Source of the DNA: Sphagnum compactum
Taxonomy: Eukaryota
Length of the DNA stretch: 64,000 nucleotides
NCBI GenBank assembly: GCA_965153455.1
Contig: OZ234493.1
Span: 12,018,213-12,082,212, forward strand
Direction of reading: 5' to 3'
Both the position numbers and the translations under genes were made by a program. Each line of letters begins with the position of its first letter. Position 1 is the stretch's first letter. This document shows, piece by piece, positions 24,701 through 37,875 of this stretch. Below the pieces are notes generated by a model, which was given only the letters and a program-made list of their open reading frames with translations, had not been told where the DNA came from and did no database searches.

Positions 24701-27519
24701 CTTGGCTTCTCAATATTTTTTGCAAATGGCACAAATATGGGTAGTTAGTTTTAAAATAAACAAATACCCCAACTTTCTACGAAGCCTTATTCCCCCATAA
24801 CCTTTCTTTTCAATGGTTGCATCTTCTTGAACTACTTCCTTTCTAAAATTAAATTCGTACGAAATTCAGGAACAAGTATCACAAATGAGGTTCTAATGAA
24901 AGGTTCACCATAATTAGATATCCTCTTGCAATGTGCATGTTTGAAACAACCATCAAATTTGTATTCCAAACTTTCTAACCACATTTCAATCTTTGTTTAT
25001 GGCTCTACAACCCATGTAAAACCAGGAAGAAGATTTTGCAATAAAATATGAACTTCAAAAAAATTGTTTGTAGAATATTTATAAGTCTTAGACTAATAAC
25101 CCCAACATTACAAACCAAGGATACGATCAACATTACCTTAGATTTTTGGGAGAAAATTCCATATTATTGACCATGATAACAAACATGGGGCAATCATAGG
25201 GCTTTACTGCCAATGAGATTTGTCAGAATGTATTTACAAAAATAAAATAAGTTAACCATGTTGGTTAAAATTTCAAGCTTTCCCCATGGTTTTGAATTGT
25301 TGGAAAGTAACATCCATAGTCAAGATGAACCCCTTAGTGGTGAATTGTCAGTGTTAATGATGGGTGACATGCCACTCATCTAAAAGTCAACATTGAATCC
25401 CATGCCACCATGTGGCAAGTCAAAGTTGCAAGCATCAATTAATTAAGTGTTACATGCATTAGGCTTAGCACACTCTAATGTCACCAAGCCCATAGGTACT
25501 CGTGAATGTTGGTAAATGGTCCACTAGGATTAAACCCATTAGATATCAAGGTTATTCATTGGAATATCCCAAAGATGGGATATGCATATTGGAGCTTTTT
25601 AGAAGTTTTCATTTTAATTTAATCACAATTTTTCAATATAATATTTAAGTATGGCAATATAATATGTGGAGAAAGACGTCCCATAGGCTAGGCAAGCCTT
25701 TGTGTGTGATGTTATGATGTTGTAGCAATGATATTACTTATTGCCAACATCAACAATACAAGGTTACAAATGTTTTTCATTGAACAATGTCACATTACTA
25801 AAAACATAGGATTTGGACAAGATTGGGCCATTTGATATGATCATTTCAAGATGGCCATGTTAAGGTCTTTCACAAGTTAGGACATGTCAAGGTATTTTAG
25901 ACCCCATATCATGACTTTCCTAGGAATTGGTCCATGTGTTATAGTATGCGTATACAACACAAATGCACCCATGTGCATACTTGTTGGGGAATGTTCCACC
26001 ATCAAAAAATTCTCATCTAGTTATGTTAATAGGATGGCATCACATTCATGTTTAGATTAATAATCTAATGTGGGTGCATGTTGCGATAATCAATTCATGT
26101 ACCCATCGGTTTCAGTGCATGTGGATTAACCTTACACTGCCAAAAGAGATTTAACGAACATATCAATTTATTACAAGGTCACCCACATGCTTAGTACATG
26201 ACATACTATATTTAAAACATTAATCATATGTAATATGCCATGAAAAAAAACCACTTTAAGCTATGGTCAATAAGGTTGGATTTCCACAAGTACAACTTTA
26301 CCAACATTTTAACATTTTTATTAGTCCCATGCCTTTTGAAACATGGGATTAGGCATTATTTGGGATGTTAATTCATCTCACATGGTAGAACCCAATGTGG
26401 ATGAAAAAGAATGAGTGGTGGGGGTTTCACACATGCATTAATACAACATTTGCAAAAAATTTCAAAAGGTGGGTGAATGCATGTTATGCTGTAAACAAAA
26501 AAATGTCACAATTTGATAATTTTACATACTTGTGGAGCTTTGATATATCATGGTGGATCTTGGAAGACATTTTGTGACTAAAACCTTCAATTAATGGTGG
26601 TTTACATTCCAGTATATCATTGTATCATGAAATTGGAACAAATATGAACAAATTAATTATTAATTGGAGTACATTTTCAGTTTGCAACAACCCTATCGCA
26701 ATGCTACAATTATAAAAGGACTATGAAGAACTATATTTAATGTCATTTTATTAGTACAATTTTGCACATGTAAAAGACAACCATGAAGAAGAATCTTCTT
26801 CACCAAAAATCTCAATTTCTTTTCAAGTTGTGAAGTTCATATTAGAAGTTTTAAAAACATTTCTAAGTACATTATGTTATAATAATGATGATGATTGTGA
26901 TCTTTTTTAATTGTAGAATGTTCTTCCATTGAAAACATAGGTGGGTTAAAAATGTTGTTTTTACCATTTTACATAAAAATAATGGATTTTCAAAATTAAT
27001 AAAAAATGATAATTTGTTGTCAAATAAGGGTTCTAAAGCAATTTTTATAAATTATTGATACATACGTTTACACAATGATACAACTATTTATCAATTGCAT
27101 ATTGATGGGCTTAATAAATTATTTTATGTTTGAATCTCAAATTAACTACATGTGATCTTTAAATTTTCTTAGTGTGAAATCTTATGTGTTATTATTTTTA
27201 TACTATATATAGTCCCGATTTTCCCTAGAATTGTCTACACCATACCATGCATATACCCATGTGCACAAAGGTGGACTTTGGGGTAGGTTATGGACCTTAA
27301 TTGCCTCACATGGATCTTAAATTTGGGTTTGGTAGAACAAAAATGTTTTGCACTATTACATCCACCCACCCACCCCAATTCTATTGTTGCACTGACATTT
27401 AAAACAACCATGTCATTCCAAGGGGGAGGGATTACATGAGACCAAGTTGTACATATCTGGCAATTGTTAGATCAAGAAAAGGTGTATGCATTTTAAGGTG
27501 GTTCATTTCCGGCGGATGT

Positions 27520-29220
27520 TCCACTCCCTAAAAGTCCATACGGTAGTGTTAAAATGGCAATCTATTTTGATATCATTAATTTAGCGGGGAATTACATGGT
27601 GGTTAATGAACTAAAAAGTCCATATGAAGAATAGCTATTGTAAACAATTCTTTAATGTACACATTAAGAAAATAAAGATTGAAATCAACCCAAAAATGAT
27701 TATAATATGAACTTATGAAAATATGGTTCATTTTAGGCCATTCAAAAGTTCAAATTTTTTTTTGATTAAATTTTTTCTAGCATTTTTTTGCACATATGTT
27801 CTTTTTGTTTTAACATATCATTATCAAGTCCCTATAAGATATCCCAAATAAAATTCATACACAAAAATGTATGTATATAAAGGCACAAACATCAAACTAG
27901 TCCATATTTTTCAACTTAAAAATTCCATTATTATATACGTGGTGTACATATGTTGCAATTATTCTTTATCGATGTTTTTTTTTTCAAGTTGATAATCTAT
28001 ATCTAGCCACAAATTTGGAAAATAATTATTTTCATGCCATGTTAAGAGCATGTAAATGCATGCCATTTTGCAAAAAATTAGATTGTGACGCAAAAAGTGA
28101 GCCACCATGCGTTGCAACCACTCAAAAGCCAAGAGAGATTTTTGGGCATTGAAAATGAAGTTTCAATATCACCCCACATTCTACATGGTAATCACAAGCC
28201 ACACGTTCAACCTTGCATATTCATCGTCCCAACCCAAAGTATATGTGATTAGAAACATTGAAGTTAGAAATCGGTCCAATAGTTACAAGCGGTGAAATGT
28301 GTAAAACATGATGGTTATTATAGAATTATATTGGATGTTTTACATTCAACTTGAAGGATTTAGACCAATTGAAAGGACAACAAGTCTACATCATACTTGA
28401 GGTGATAATTCAATTTTTAGGTGACCTTATAGTTTTAGTGAGGTGGAAAGTGATTTAATTCAAGCTTGAACAACATGAAAGTTGTTGGATGGTAGGTTGG
28501 TAGAATTGTTTAAAGGTGAGTTTGATTCAACAATAGTAATATTAGCTAAGAAAAATATTTTTGGCAATTAAGGTAGATGCAAGCTATGGTGGCTCAAAAG
28601 TAATAAGAATCCCAATCCCAAAAGTCCATATAAATGGAAAAATTAACACTAAAATGGAAAAAAATATTAAAAATCAATGTTGAGTGGGCCCTATGTGGTG
28701 ATTAATCAATTGATAAAGTCCATATGAAAGGCTTCCCATCTAAAAAAACTCTTTATTATACATGTTAAGGGAAAAAAAGTTTCAATCCAACAAAAAATGA
28801 CCAAGATTGGGAGTTTTGGAAATAAGGCTCAAATCTAGTCATTCAAAAGTCCATAATTATTTTTTGGTTAAATTTTTTGTTGTAGTTTTTTCAATCGATA
28901 TATTTTTTTCCATATGTATCATATATTGAAACCCTATAAAAAGTATTGAGATGAATCATAATAAAAAATGCATTTGAATGTTAATGCAGAACCCAGAGTA
29001 TAATCCATATGTACATTTTAAAACTCCATTACTATATGATTCGTGTATGTTTATTGAATTTCGCCCTTTAAAAATTATTATTATTCAAGTTGCAAATTTT
29101 AATCCATAAATGTTTTTTTATCAAATTAATGATTTTACAATGCGTTTGTGGCATTCGAATGAAGTACACTCTATAGAAAGTCCATAAGGACACAAAAAGT
29201 GAGCCAACGTAGCTTGCATC
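27520..29220. repeat. Old ~1.1-kb-period duplication with a repeated aaagtccata motif
   Basis: 27520-28120 is collinear with 28615-29220 (e.g. cattcaaaagt; caaaaagtgagcca at ~28091 and ~29194). aaagtccata occurs at ~27531, 27615, 28621, 28716, 28847 and 29178. Confidence 0.6.
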
Positions 29221-30182
29221 TACCCATTAAATTAAGTGTTATATGTGTGGGGACTATCATCTATTAAATAAATAAACGCATTTGGACCTGTATGTCATGC
29301 CCTTACTAGAAGAAATCTTTGATGCCTTTAAGGAAGCCAAGGTGTTCAACACTCTAAATTTACATTCTAGCAATTATTAAATGACATTGAAGGAGGGTGA
29401 CAAGGTCAAAATGACATTTTGGGGGATTGATAATAATGGGAAGGATTGTTTGTACCAATGGTAATTACCAAGGACATATATGATGATGAACCTATTATTG
29501 CATATTTGTAAGCAAGTGAAGTCCCAATTGGTTTGACAACCTAGGAACATCATTAAATCGTGCATAAGGTCAATTGATTCAAGTGGGAAGGTAATTCTTT
29601 CCAATGAATGTGGATAGATGAACGAATGTGAACAATGACTCACCCAAAAGAATGTGAGGACCTTGTATGACATGCCCATGACAAATTGGGCCATTTTAAG
29701 GTTTGACAAACTTGCCACTTGATTTTAAAATAATATTGGTGGCAAGCCCGATGCAATTATAGGTTCAACAATTTGTTTATCAATGTGCGGTGTGTGATTG
29801 AGTGGGTGCATCATTCAATGCACCTACACTTCATTTATAACCATTGCCCATCATGGGGTTTGGTAATTAGTGGACTTTGGATGTTGCCAACTCATTACAT
29901 TTGATAATACGACATAATTGGTATGTTTTGGTTATGATCACTCACATTTCTCAAAGCAATTAGAGTTACCACTTATCATTGTTGAATTACAACAATGCCT
30001 AGGCATTTTTGGATAGGTTGTTTAGTAAGTTAGGCATTTTAAACAAAGTAATCATCAATCGTTGAAGTATTGAAATTATGTGAAAAGTTCCAAGAATTTT
30101 GTGAGAATACATTGATCCATCATTGTACGACTTCATGAGACCATCATGAACTAGATCGGTTAGTTGAATGGATGGTGCAAAC

Positions 30183-33100
30183 TAATGCTAGGTAGGTATG
30201 TGTTTTCAAAGATACCATATGAACATTGCTTACAAGAAAATTGTAATTTGTAAAGCCCAATAGGCCCAAGCTTGTTAATATTTTTAATAAATTTAAGTCC
30301 TATGTGCATGGACCTATATTAGTTTTTTGTTTACATTTGAACATGCATAACAATCTTGCAAATAGAGGATGCCTTATGAACATGGACTTGACCATATGCA
30401 TGATAAACATAATCAAAATTTACATCATGAATCCATGCAAACACACATTCAAAAATAATTTGCACATGAAATTGTCATTACAAACATTGTGCCAGAGTTT
30501 AAAACAAGAAATAATGTAAAATTGTCTCACCAAATGTAAAAAAAAGTTCTAAATTCTAATCATATGTGCTATTACAAGATGAATGACTAAGTAATGACAA
30601 TGATGATTAGTACAACTTGCCATTGGATGATGAAGTTGTATCAAAGATCAAAAGTAAAAGCTATTCATGTGTTGCATGCATTCACTACCACCTTGAAGTA
30701 AAATGCCAATAGATTCACACAAAAGGTTCGGGAATTTTCATATTGAAGTTAATTCAAATATTTTCTTTAGCCTCCCAAGCATAAACAAACATAGCCAAAA
30801 TAAAAAATAAGCACTTAGAAACCTTAATCCCAAATTCTAATTGTGTAATACTTTGAACTTCAACCTCATAGTATGTAGTTTTTAAAAACTTAAACTTAAA
30901 TAATGCCAGAATAGACCCATAAATTCATAGAACATTCACCCCCATGTTTATGTTATTCTTTAGACATTCATTAAATTTAAGTTCCCAAAGAAGCACATAT
31001 ATAAAACACATTAATCGAATTAGGACAACACAACCTCCAACTCTAGTTTTTTCAACTTAAACCCTTTGATCTATATGTTTTTAGTTTTTACACATTTGAC
31101 AAGCTTAACCACCAAAAACTGAAACACTAATTCACACAACTTTCAACCTTGATTCTATTTTTAAAAGCATTTAAAGTGAAAGACTAAAAAACACAAAATG
31201 ACGCACCACCTAAAAATCAACACATTGGCTTGAGGCCTTTGACTATGTAGGTTTTTCAACTTTCAACCCCTTGATTCTTTTGTTTTTTAAACTTTCAACT
31301 TTCAAAAGTCAAGGCTAGAAAAGAAAAATGACACGTTATAAAAATCAAAAATACAAAATGCAAAAACTAGGATACCAACATAATCATTATATATATCTAT
31401 ATTAAAGATTTAATTATGGCAACAAAATCACACCTCAATGATGAAACTACAACACATGTTCATAACAAAAAGCAAAACATAATCATTCTTGTGAAAATTT
31501 GGAAAATCTAAAATTCTTTCATTTTATGTTTTATCCCATTTCATCATGGAGGCACTTTGCCTTTATGGGTTTCATAAGAGCCCCATGCACATAAAACACA
31601 TTAAATCAACATCACAAATGGTTAGTCCAATTGGCAAAATAGACCAAGGAAGATGCATGAAGGACAACAAATAATAAACAACCACTTTTCAAATAACAAA
31701 TCATAAATAGGGGAAATAATTGTTTACCTCCCTTTTTGAATCTTAAAATTGTTTAAATTATAGTTGATTTGCATTTTGTAGCCTTCAACAACACAATCAA
31801 TCCTCTTCAAACAAACCAAATTTTGTAATCAATTCCTTATTCTCTAGAAAAAATATGTCTTTGACGTCAATGTATTCTTCCATCGATTTGACCCTTGAAC
31901 CAACCATGCATTCTAATTGGGTTCATTTGGCCAAGTTTTCATGATCAAAGCAAGCTTATCCAAAATTTTGATCCCAAGGTGGAAATGCCTCAAACTTGTG
32001 ATAACCTTGACCATATTAAATATCCTTCTAATTTCAATATAGAAACCCACATTGCCCATAAATTGACATGCAAAAAATCCAATATTTGGGAGTTGTTCAT
32101 GTTCAACCCACCAATTCAAAAGGCTAAAAGTTTCACTTGGCATTGTAATTTTTCTATATAATGATGACTCATTTTAAAGTTGCCCCATGGTAGCTTTCTT
32201 CCTTGAAGTTAAAGATCCGAAAACACCAAGTTTAGGCAAAACATGTAGAGGTTCAACAATGAAAGGGTTGATGTCAATTTATTGTAGATAGTTAACAATA
32301 TTGAAATTAGAACTTCACAATCTAACTTTGTTGCAATTTGCATTACCACCTCAAGGCCCATGTAGTTTTGAATTATTTGCAGACTTTTAAAATGAGGGTC
32401 CAACATACGGACCAAATGTTATGTGCATTGTATGGTTGAAATGAAGATGCACTAGCTAGAAATGGCTTTAACACATCCATCAAATTGAAAACTTTTAGAT
32501 TATTAATAACATGTTGACAACACTTGGACATAACATGCCCATAGCAATTGCCAACATACAATGGTGGCAACATCAATGGAACATATGAAACAATGGTTGT
32601 TAAGGCATTTGTAATAGTGTTTAGGTTAGGGATTTCATCCTTCACATAGGCTATGACCTTGTTAAACAAATCAAAGTGATTCGACAAATACTTTATTTGG
32701 AACGCCATGGTAGTTTTTGATCTCTTTCGAACTTCATAAATCGCTATAGTATCGTGACAAGGAACTCACATTTTGTTAATGTAATTGACCACCAAAGCAA
32801 AAGTCTTAAAGCCTTTTGTGACATCCAAAGATTGAATGTGATAATAATTGTGATGGATTTAACAAAGGAAGGAAAAACATGGTCTTCCATGATCTTGTTA
32901 GCCATGTTAAATATTACCTCACTATAAAATTGTTGCATGTTTGGAAATGTAACGTTTCCACATTGATAGAAAAAAGCCTCTTAAACCACATGTTTTATGT
33001 GGAGCTTAGTGGGCGATACCCTTTGATGATATATAAACATAAATCCTCCAAGAATTGTTCTTGAGTAGGGGTTAGTTTTCTTGTAAGGGTCTCTAAATCT

Positions 33101-34405
33101 TTAAAAAATTAACCCAACAACCATTTTTTTGCTTCTTGGGAGGATATTATTGGGCTTTAAGTGAGAGATTGGTAGCAACAAGTCTTTGGGCCTTATACAA
33201 GTTCACACAATATAGTGCTTTCAAAAGACATGCCTACTCATGGCAATAATTTCACGTTTTTTGTTATACATGACAAGGCCCTTGCAATGGTGAGTGCTAC
33301 TTTGTCTAACATTTTTTTGTTGGACACCATGGCAAACAACACATCTCATGCATTAAGATTTTGCAATATCAATAGAGGTAGAAGAATCGTTGAATTAAAA
33401 AACCTCCACATATTTGTTGTTCTGCCCCAAGAAGACCAAAACTTTCAATTCACTAGTAGTTGATGGAGGAGTTGTTGTTGGCATGCCTTTACTTTGACTT
33501 GCAAAACCTTATCTTCATTGAGCCATTTTTTAGTGTTTAGTTCATTGGAGGATTGAGATTAAAATGCAACACCATCGCCACTCCCAACTTAACTTCATTG
33601 ATATGAAAATTGATTGACAAAGGTGAAAATTTGGCAATTAATGTAGTTGAATAAGTTGACTATGTTCCTTTCAAACCACCAACCCCATTGTCCATCATCG
33701 CAATGAAACCAACAAGTCTTGGCACTTGACCTTAACAATAGATAGTTTAAATTAGTAGAGTCTACCGTAACAAAGATTGAAAAAACCCTAACGACATCAA
33801 TATATAAAGAGGAAATTGACAAAATACAAAACACAAAATGAAGAGACAATGACATAACAAAGAGGAAATTGACACGATACAAAGTGTAAAGCAAAGAGGA
33901 TATTGACAAAGTAAAGAAAGACAAAAATAATATTTATTTGAACTTATAAAATTCATTTTCGTTCCACACATCACCTAGACACATCGATGTAAAGTAAGCA
34001 AAGGTGGATACTTATTATGTTCAACTATCAAATTGCACAATGCTGATGTTTCAAGCTTTTGTCGTTGCCGCATTGACTTTTGCCACTTTTTATGATTTTT
34101 CCAAATTCTCATAAGTCTTCCATCTTTTAAAACCTAAAACCTTAAATATTTTATGCACCCTGATCTTCATGCTCTAACCATGTAAGAAAACAAAAATGCC
34201 CCACAGACATGTTCATTCGTGAGGTTTCACATACAAAAGGCTTGTTTATGCAAGGGTTTCATTTGTGTATGAATTAGGCCATGTTCACATGTTTTAGTCA
34301 TTTTGTATTTTTTTTCCTATGATTGTTTGTTAGTTAAGGCTTCACATACCTTGGAACATGCCTTAGTACATACCTACTTTGAACCAACATACTTGCCCAA
34401 CATTG
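30183..34405 (-). mobile_element. Decayed hAT DNA transposon (~4.2 kb)
   Basis: Degenerate TIRs: taatgctaggtaggtatgt..ttcaaa versus reverse complement caatgttgggcaagtatgt..ttcaaa. Degenerate 8-bp TSD gtgcaaac/gtatagat (differences are all transitions). Removing the element restores the host reading MVQT|VK. Confidence 0.7.
31800..33500 (-). pseudogene. hAT transposase pseudogene
   Basis: Fragments read ITFNLWMS, IAYVKDEIPNL, CYGHVMSKCC, MLDPHFKSL and the hATC dimerisation segment WWVEHEQLPNIGFFACQFMGNVGFYIEIRRIF (ORF 31913..32143). Frameshifted. Confidence 0.8.
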
Positions 34406-37400
34406 GTATAGATGGTGAAACAAGGTTTACAAAAATACGAAGTTCAAAAGGGCCATATTAGAAATTTGGATATGTAACTATCATGGTTTGCTTTGGGGTA
34501 TAGGTTCAATTGGTACATTTTTCTTGTGTCATTTTCATCATATTTTTTATTGTTTGGTTATGAGCCTTAACTACTAGTTTCAATATGATAAGATGTAATG
34601 GTAGTAATCAATTTGGATGATCCAAATGTGTGGATTTAGGAACGTGAGTAGCAAACAATTTTATTCTGACATGTAATGCTAATGGCTATAGAGAATTTAA
34701 CAATTGCTTAACATTGAGATATGTTGTGTTATGCTATTATTTGAGGAGGTGGTTGTTGGCCTTGAGTTTGTAGATTTCAGTTAGGAGATTACTTTTGTTT
34801 ACAATGGACAACATTGATTATGTTAGATGTGATTATGAAACATGTTTACCATTTAGAGTGTTGTTGGAAGGTCAAAATGGTCATACATGGAATGACCACA
34901 TGCGTACTTACACACCATGTCATTTTCCCAATGTGAATGGCCAAATTGACCCATCCTTGATTGTTGTCCCTATTGGTCCATGGTATATGTTATGCATGTA
35001 ATTATTAGGGGCAACCACTATGTTGATTTGTGATTGATGTTCTAGAGGATGGCATGCCATTGGAAAAAATATTAGTTAAAAAATGGTTTTGCTTTCAGTG
35101 CACAAAATAAATTGGAAAATCTTCGAAGTTAGATAATAGGGAATATCTTAAGTTTTTCTTTATGATGATTCGCAGTTGGTTAAGGATTTGAAGGATTGCA
35201 ATTAAGTGACTAATGATGGGGGTCACATTTGCATTTAACCTAATGGTCTTTTCACTTTAGCACCAAGGTGTTCATTTTTGGTCCATTCACAAGACAAATT
35301 TCTTCGGTTATTTAGTTCAAGGAGCTTTTGACTCCATAGGGGGACAATTTGGATGTGATGCATCATTTAGAGTGTTTTGTGTGATTTGTTTATGTGTGTG
35401 TGGATAATGATAGTTATAGTTGTGGACATGGTAACATACAACAACCGTTTCAAAGGTGTTATTGTTTGTTACCTCTGTGCAATAAGTTCTTCTACTTATA
35501 ACAAAACAACAAATGCATGCCTTAATTTCTTGTGATAATAAAGTAGACCAAGAAAAATGGGGTTGTGAATGGCATAAAATGTTTTTTTTTTGGTTTGAAA
35601 ATAATGGGTCCTTGCCACCATATTTAGATAATAAGTTCTAGTATGTTGCCAACTTGCCGTAAGATTTCTAAACTCTTCCACTTTTCCCTCTAAAGGATCC
35701 TCTAACATGTTTGCTTGATCCGCTCATTCTTTATGTTTCTTCTCATTTTGAGGTTGAAGTTTTTCTACCGTTCCTTTTTTACTTTTCCTTGTTGGCTCCT
35801 TTAGCTCCTATGTTTTTGTTGTAATTGTTCCACTACTTTTTCCCACTTTCAATATGAAAACATTTATGACGGTTATCTAAACTATAGTGATGACAAGGGC
35901 ATCTTCACAATCTAAAGCTTTCATTATGAAGTCAAAAGCCCCCAAATGCTCCACTTGGATAGCCGTTTTGATGAACTTTTAGCTGAATTTGATCCTAATA
36001 TGTGACTCATCCACAATCTTTCATTTTAGGGTTTCATTCTTTGGCATTGTTCATATCCCAACAAAGCCACCGATGCCAAGAATACACCACCCAATGGCAA
36101 CTTTGCTAACAATCTATGTATCTAATAAGGTTGCCAATCTTCCAAGTTCCAACGATTGCAGGATGACAAGACACTAGGCAGCCTTCTAGTGTTCCCACAC
36201 TAAATTTTTATTCACAAGCAGTATTTATCTTTCTGTTTATTTATTCTCAGATATTTTTAAGAACTCACAATAGCAACTTCATTAACAATCTATGTATGTA
36301 AGTATTGCAGGTCTTCCAAGTTTCAAAAAACAAACAACTCTATATTTATTTATTTATTTATTGTGAGACATTTTTAGGAACTCATAACCCACTCATTCGC
36401 GAACCCTGGATGCATTCTTTCCTCCAGAACTATATTATTTAAGCAGAGTAGAAACCTTTTTCTCTCCATTGATAGATATGCGTCTTAATACAAATGTACA
36501 TCTACATAGTGTGTGGCAAGACCCTTTTTTTGGGTCTACGAATTTCTAATTTGCCTGAATATCTTGCTGAGGTAAAGTTAAGGATTGACAGATGTGATAC
36601 ATACCCATACTGATCAAATATATCTTCATAAGGATTGAGAACTTCTCAAGTCCAAGTACTTGTAATCCAAGTCCACCCGAATAGAAATCTTGAGATGACC
36701 TGATAATAAGGTTGCAAAAAATCAAAGCATTAAGAGATGTCACCACAGCAAATTGTAGCAGGAAAAGAGAAAAAAGGAAATGGGCACCGCAAGCCAAATG
36801 GAAATGACACACCACATTGACATGAATAAGACTACAGCAATTCCACAAAGTGGGGCTTTAAAAGGATCCATACTAAGAATCAGAAGACTTGGAAAGATTC
36901 GTTCTGAAAATTCCAAAGGATGACAGAAGTGCACTTCATAAAAAAAGCTCCATACTTGGAATGAAGAAACCTTTGAAAGAAGTAATTTTGGTAATTCTGA
37001 AGGATAAAATATCATTCACAGATCTGTATTTTTTGTCAAGCTCTGGTTGAAGAGTAACAGCCCTTGTTCTTCAAAAGAAAAGGATTTAAGTTCACCAATT
37101 GAGCTATAAATAACTTGGAACTGCAAAAAATATGGAACTGACTGTTAAAGAACTCCATGCTTATCCTTATGTTTCAAATACCAGATTCAAAACAAGGCAC
37201 ATACAAATAACCTGATACCTGCATATTCTGGTTGAGAATTCTTGTCAAAGATGTTAATGTGTAAACCTTCTGAGTTTAAAAATAGTCAGGGTACAATGAT
37301 ACCTAGGGAATAAGTCATGAATAACAGAGTAGCACACAAGTCAATCTGAACTCAACATGCAATATGCACACATACAGAGGACTGCAAATATGAAACCTAA

Positions 37401-37875
37401 GGTGAGAAAAATTCCTGGAGTCAGCAAAGACCAGAAAAACACACTCACATGCTATTTGAAGTGTATCAGATTTGATCTTTATTCACCCGTGAATTGCTTC
37501 ATTGACAGTATTTTTTGCTACTGACTTGAAGATTTGTCTGTCTATATTGGGCAACACTATTTCAAAATTGGATGTGTCTCCAGCACCCTGCAACATGACA
37601 CATCAATTGAAAACCCGATACAGTGAGCATTGGAATGACAAAACAAAACACCCACCACTGCTCTCTTCACAATGGTATCCTTCCCACATAATTTGCCAAA
37701 CCTGCTGGGTGATCTGGCTTGTGATCTTCCCATAATGAGTTGAAGATAAGACCATTACTATGCAATTGTGAGTGGCATATCAAACTGCTCCAGTATACAT
37801 TGGACAAGTTGCCTACAGTTCTTACCCTTATTTCACAAGTTATAGGTCAAACCCCTCAGTGAAGTGGGTGAATTT

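Larger units (their letters stand above)
29235..35110 (+). mobile_element. Decayed Ty3/Gypsy relic (RT fragment, integrase, C-terminal PHD finger) split by a hAT insertion
   Basis: RT start: MCGDYHLLNK..MPLLEEIFDAFKEAKVFNTLNL..EGDKVKMTFWG (29235-29460). Integrase: PLPIMG..WTLD..VLVMITHFSK..LVEWMVQT (to 30182), resuming as VKQGLQKY..LGYRFN at ~34414. PHD-like tail: MLC..TTMLICD*CSRGWH..KWFC..QC (~34985-35101). Confidence 0.75.
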
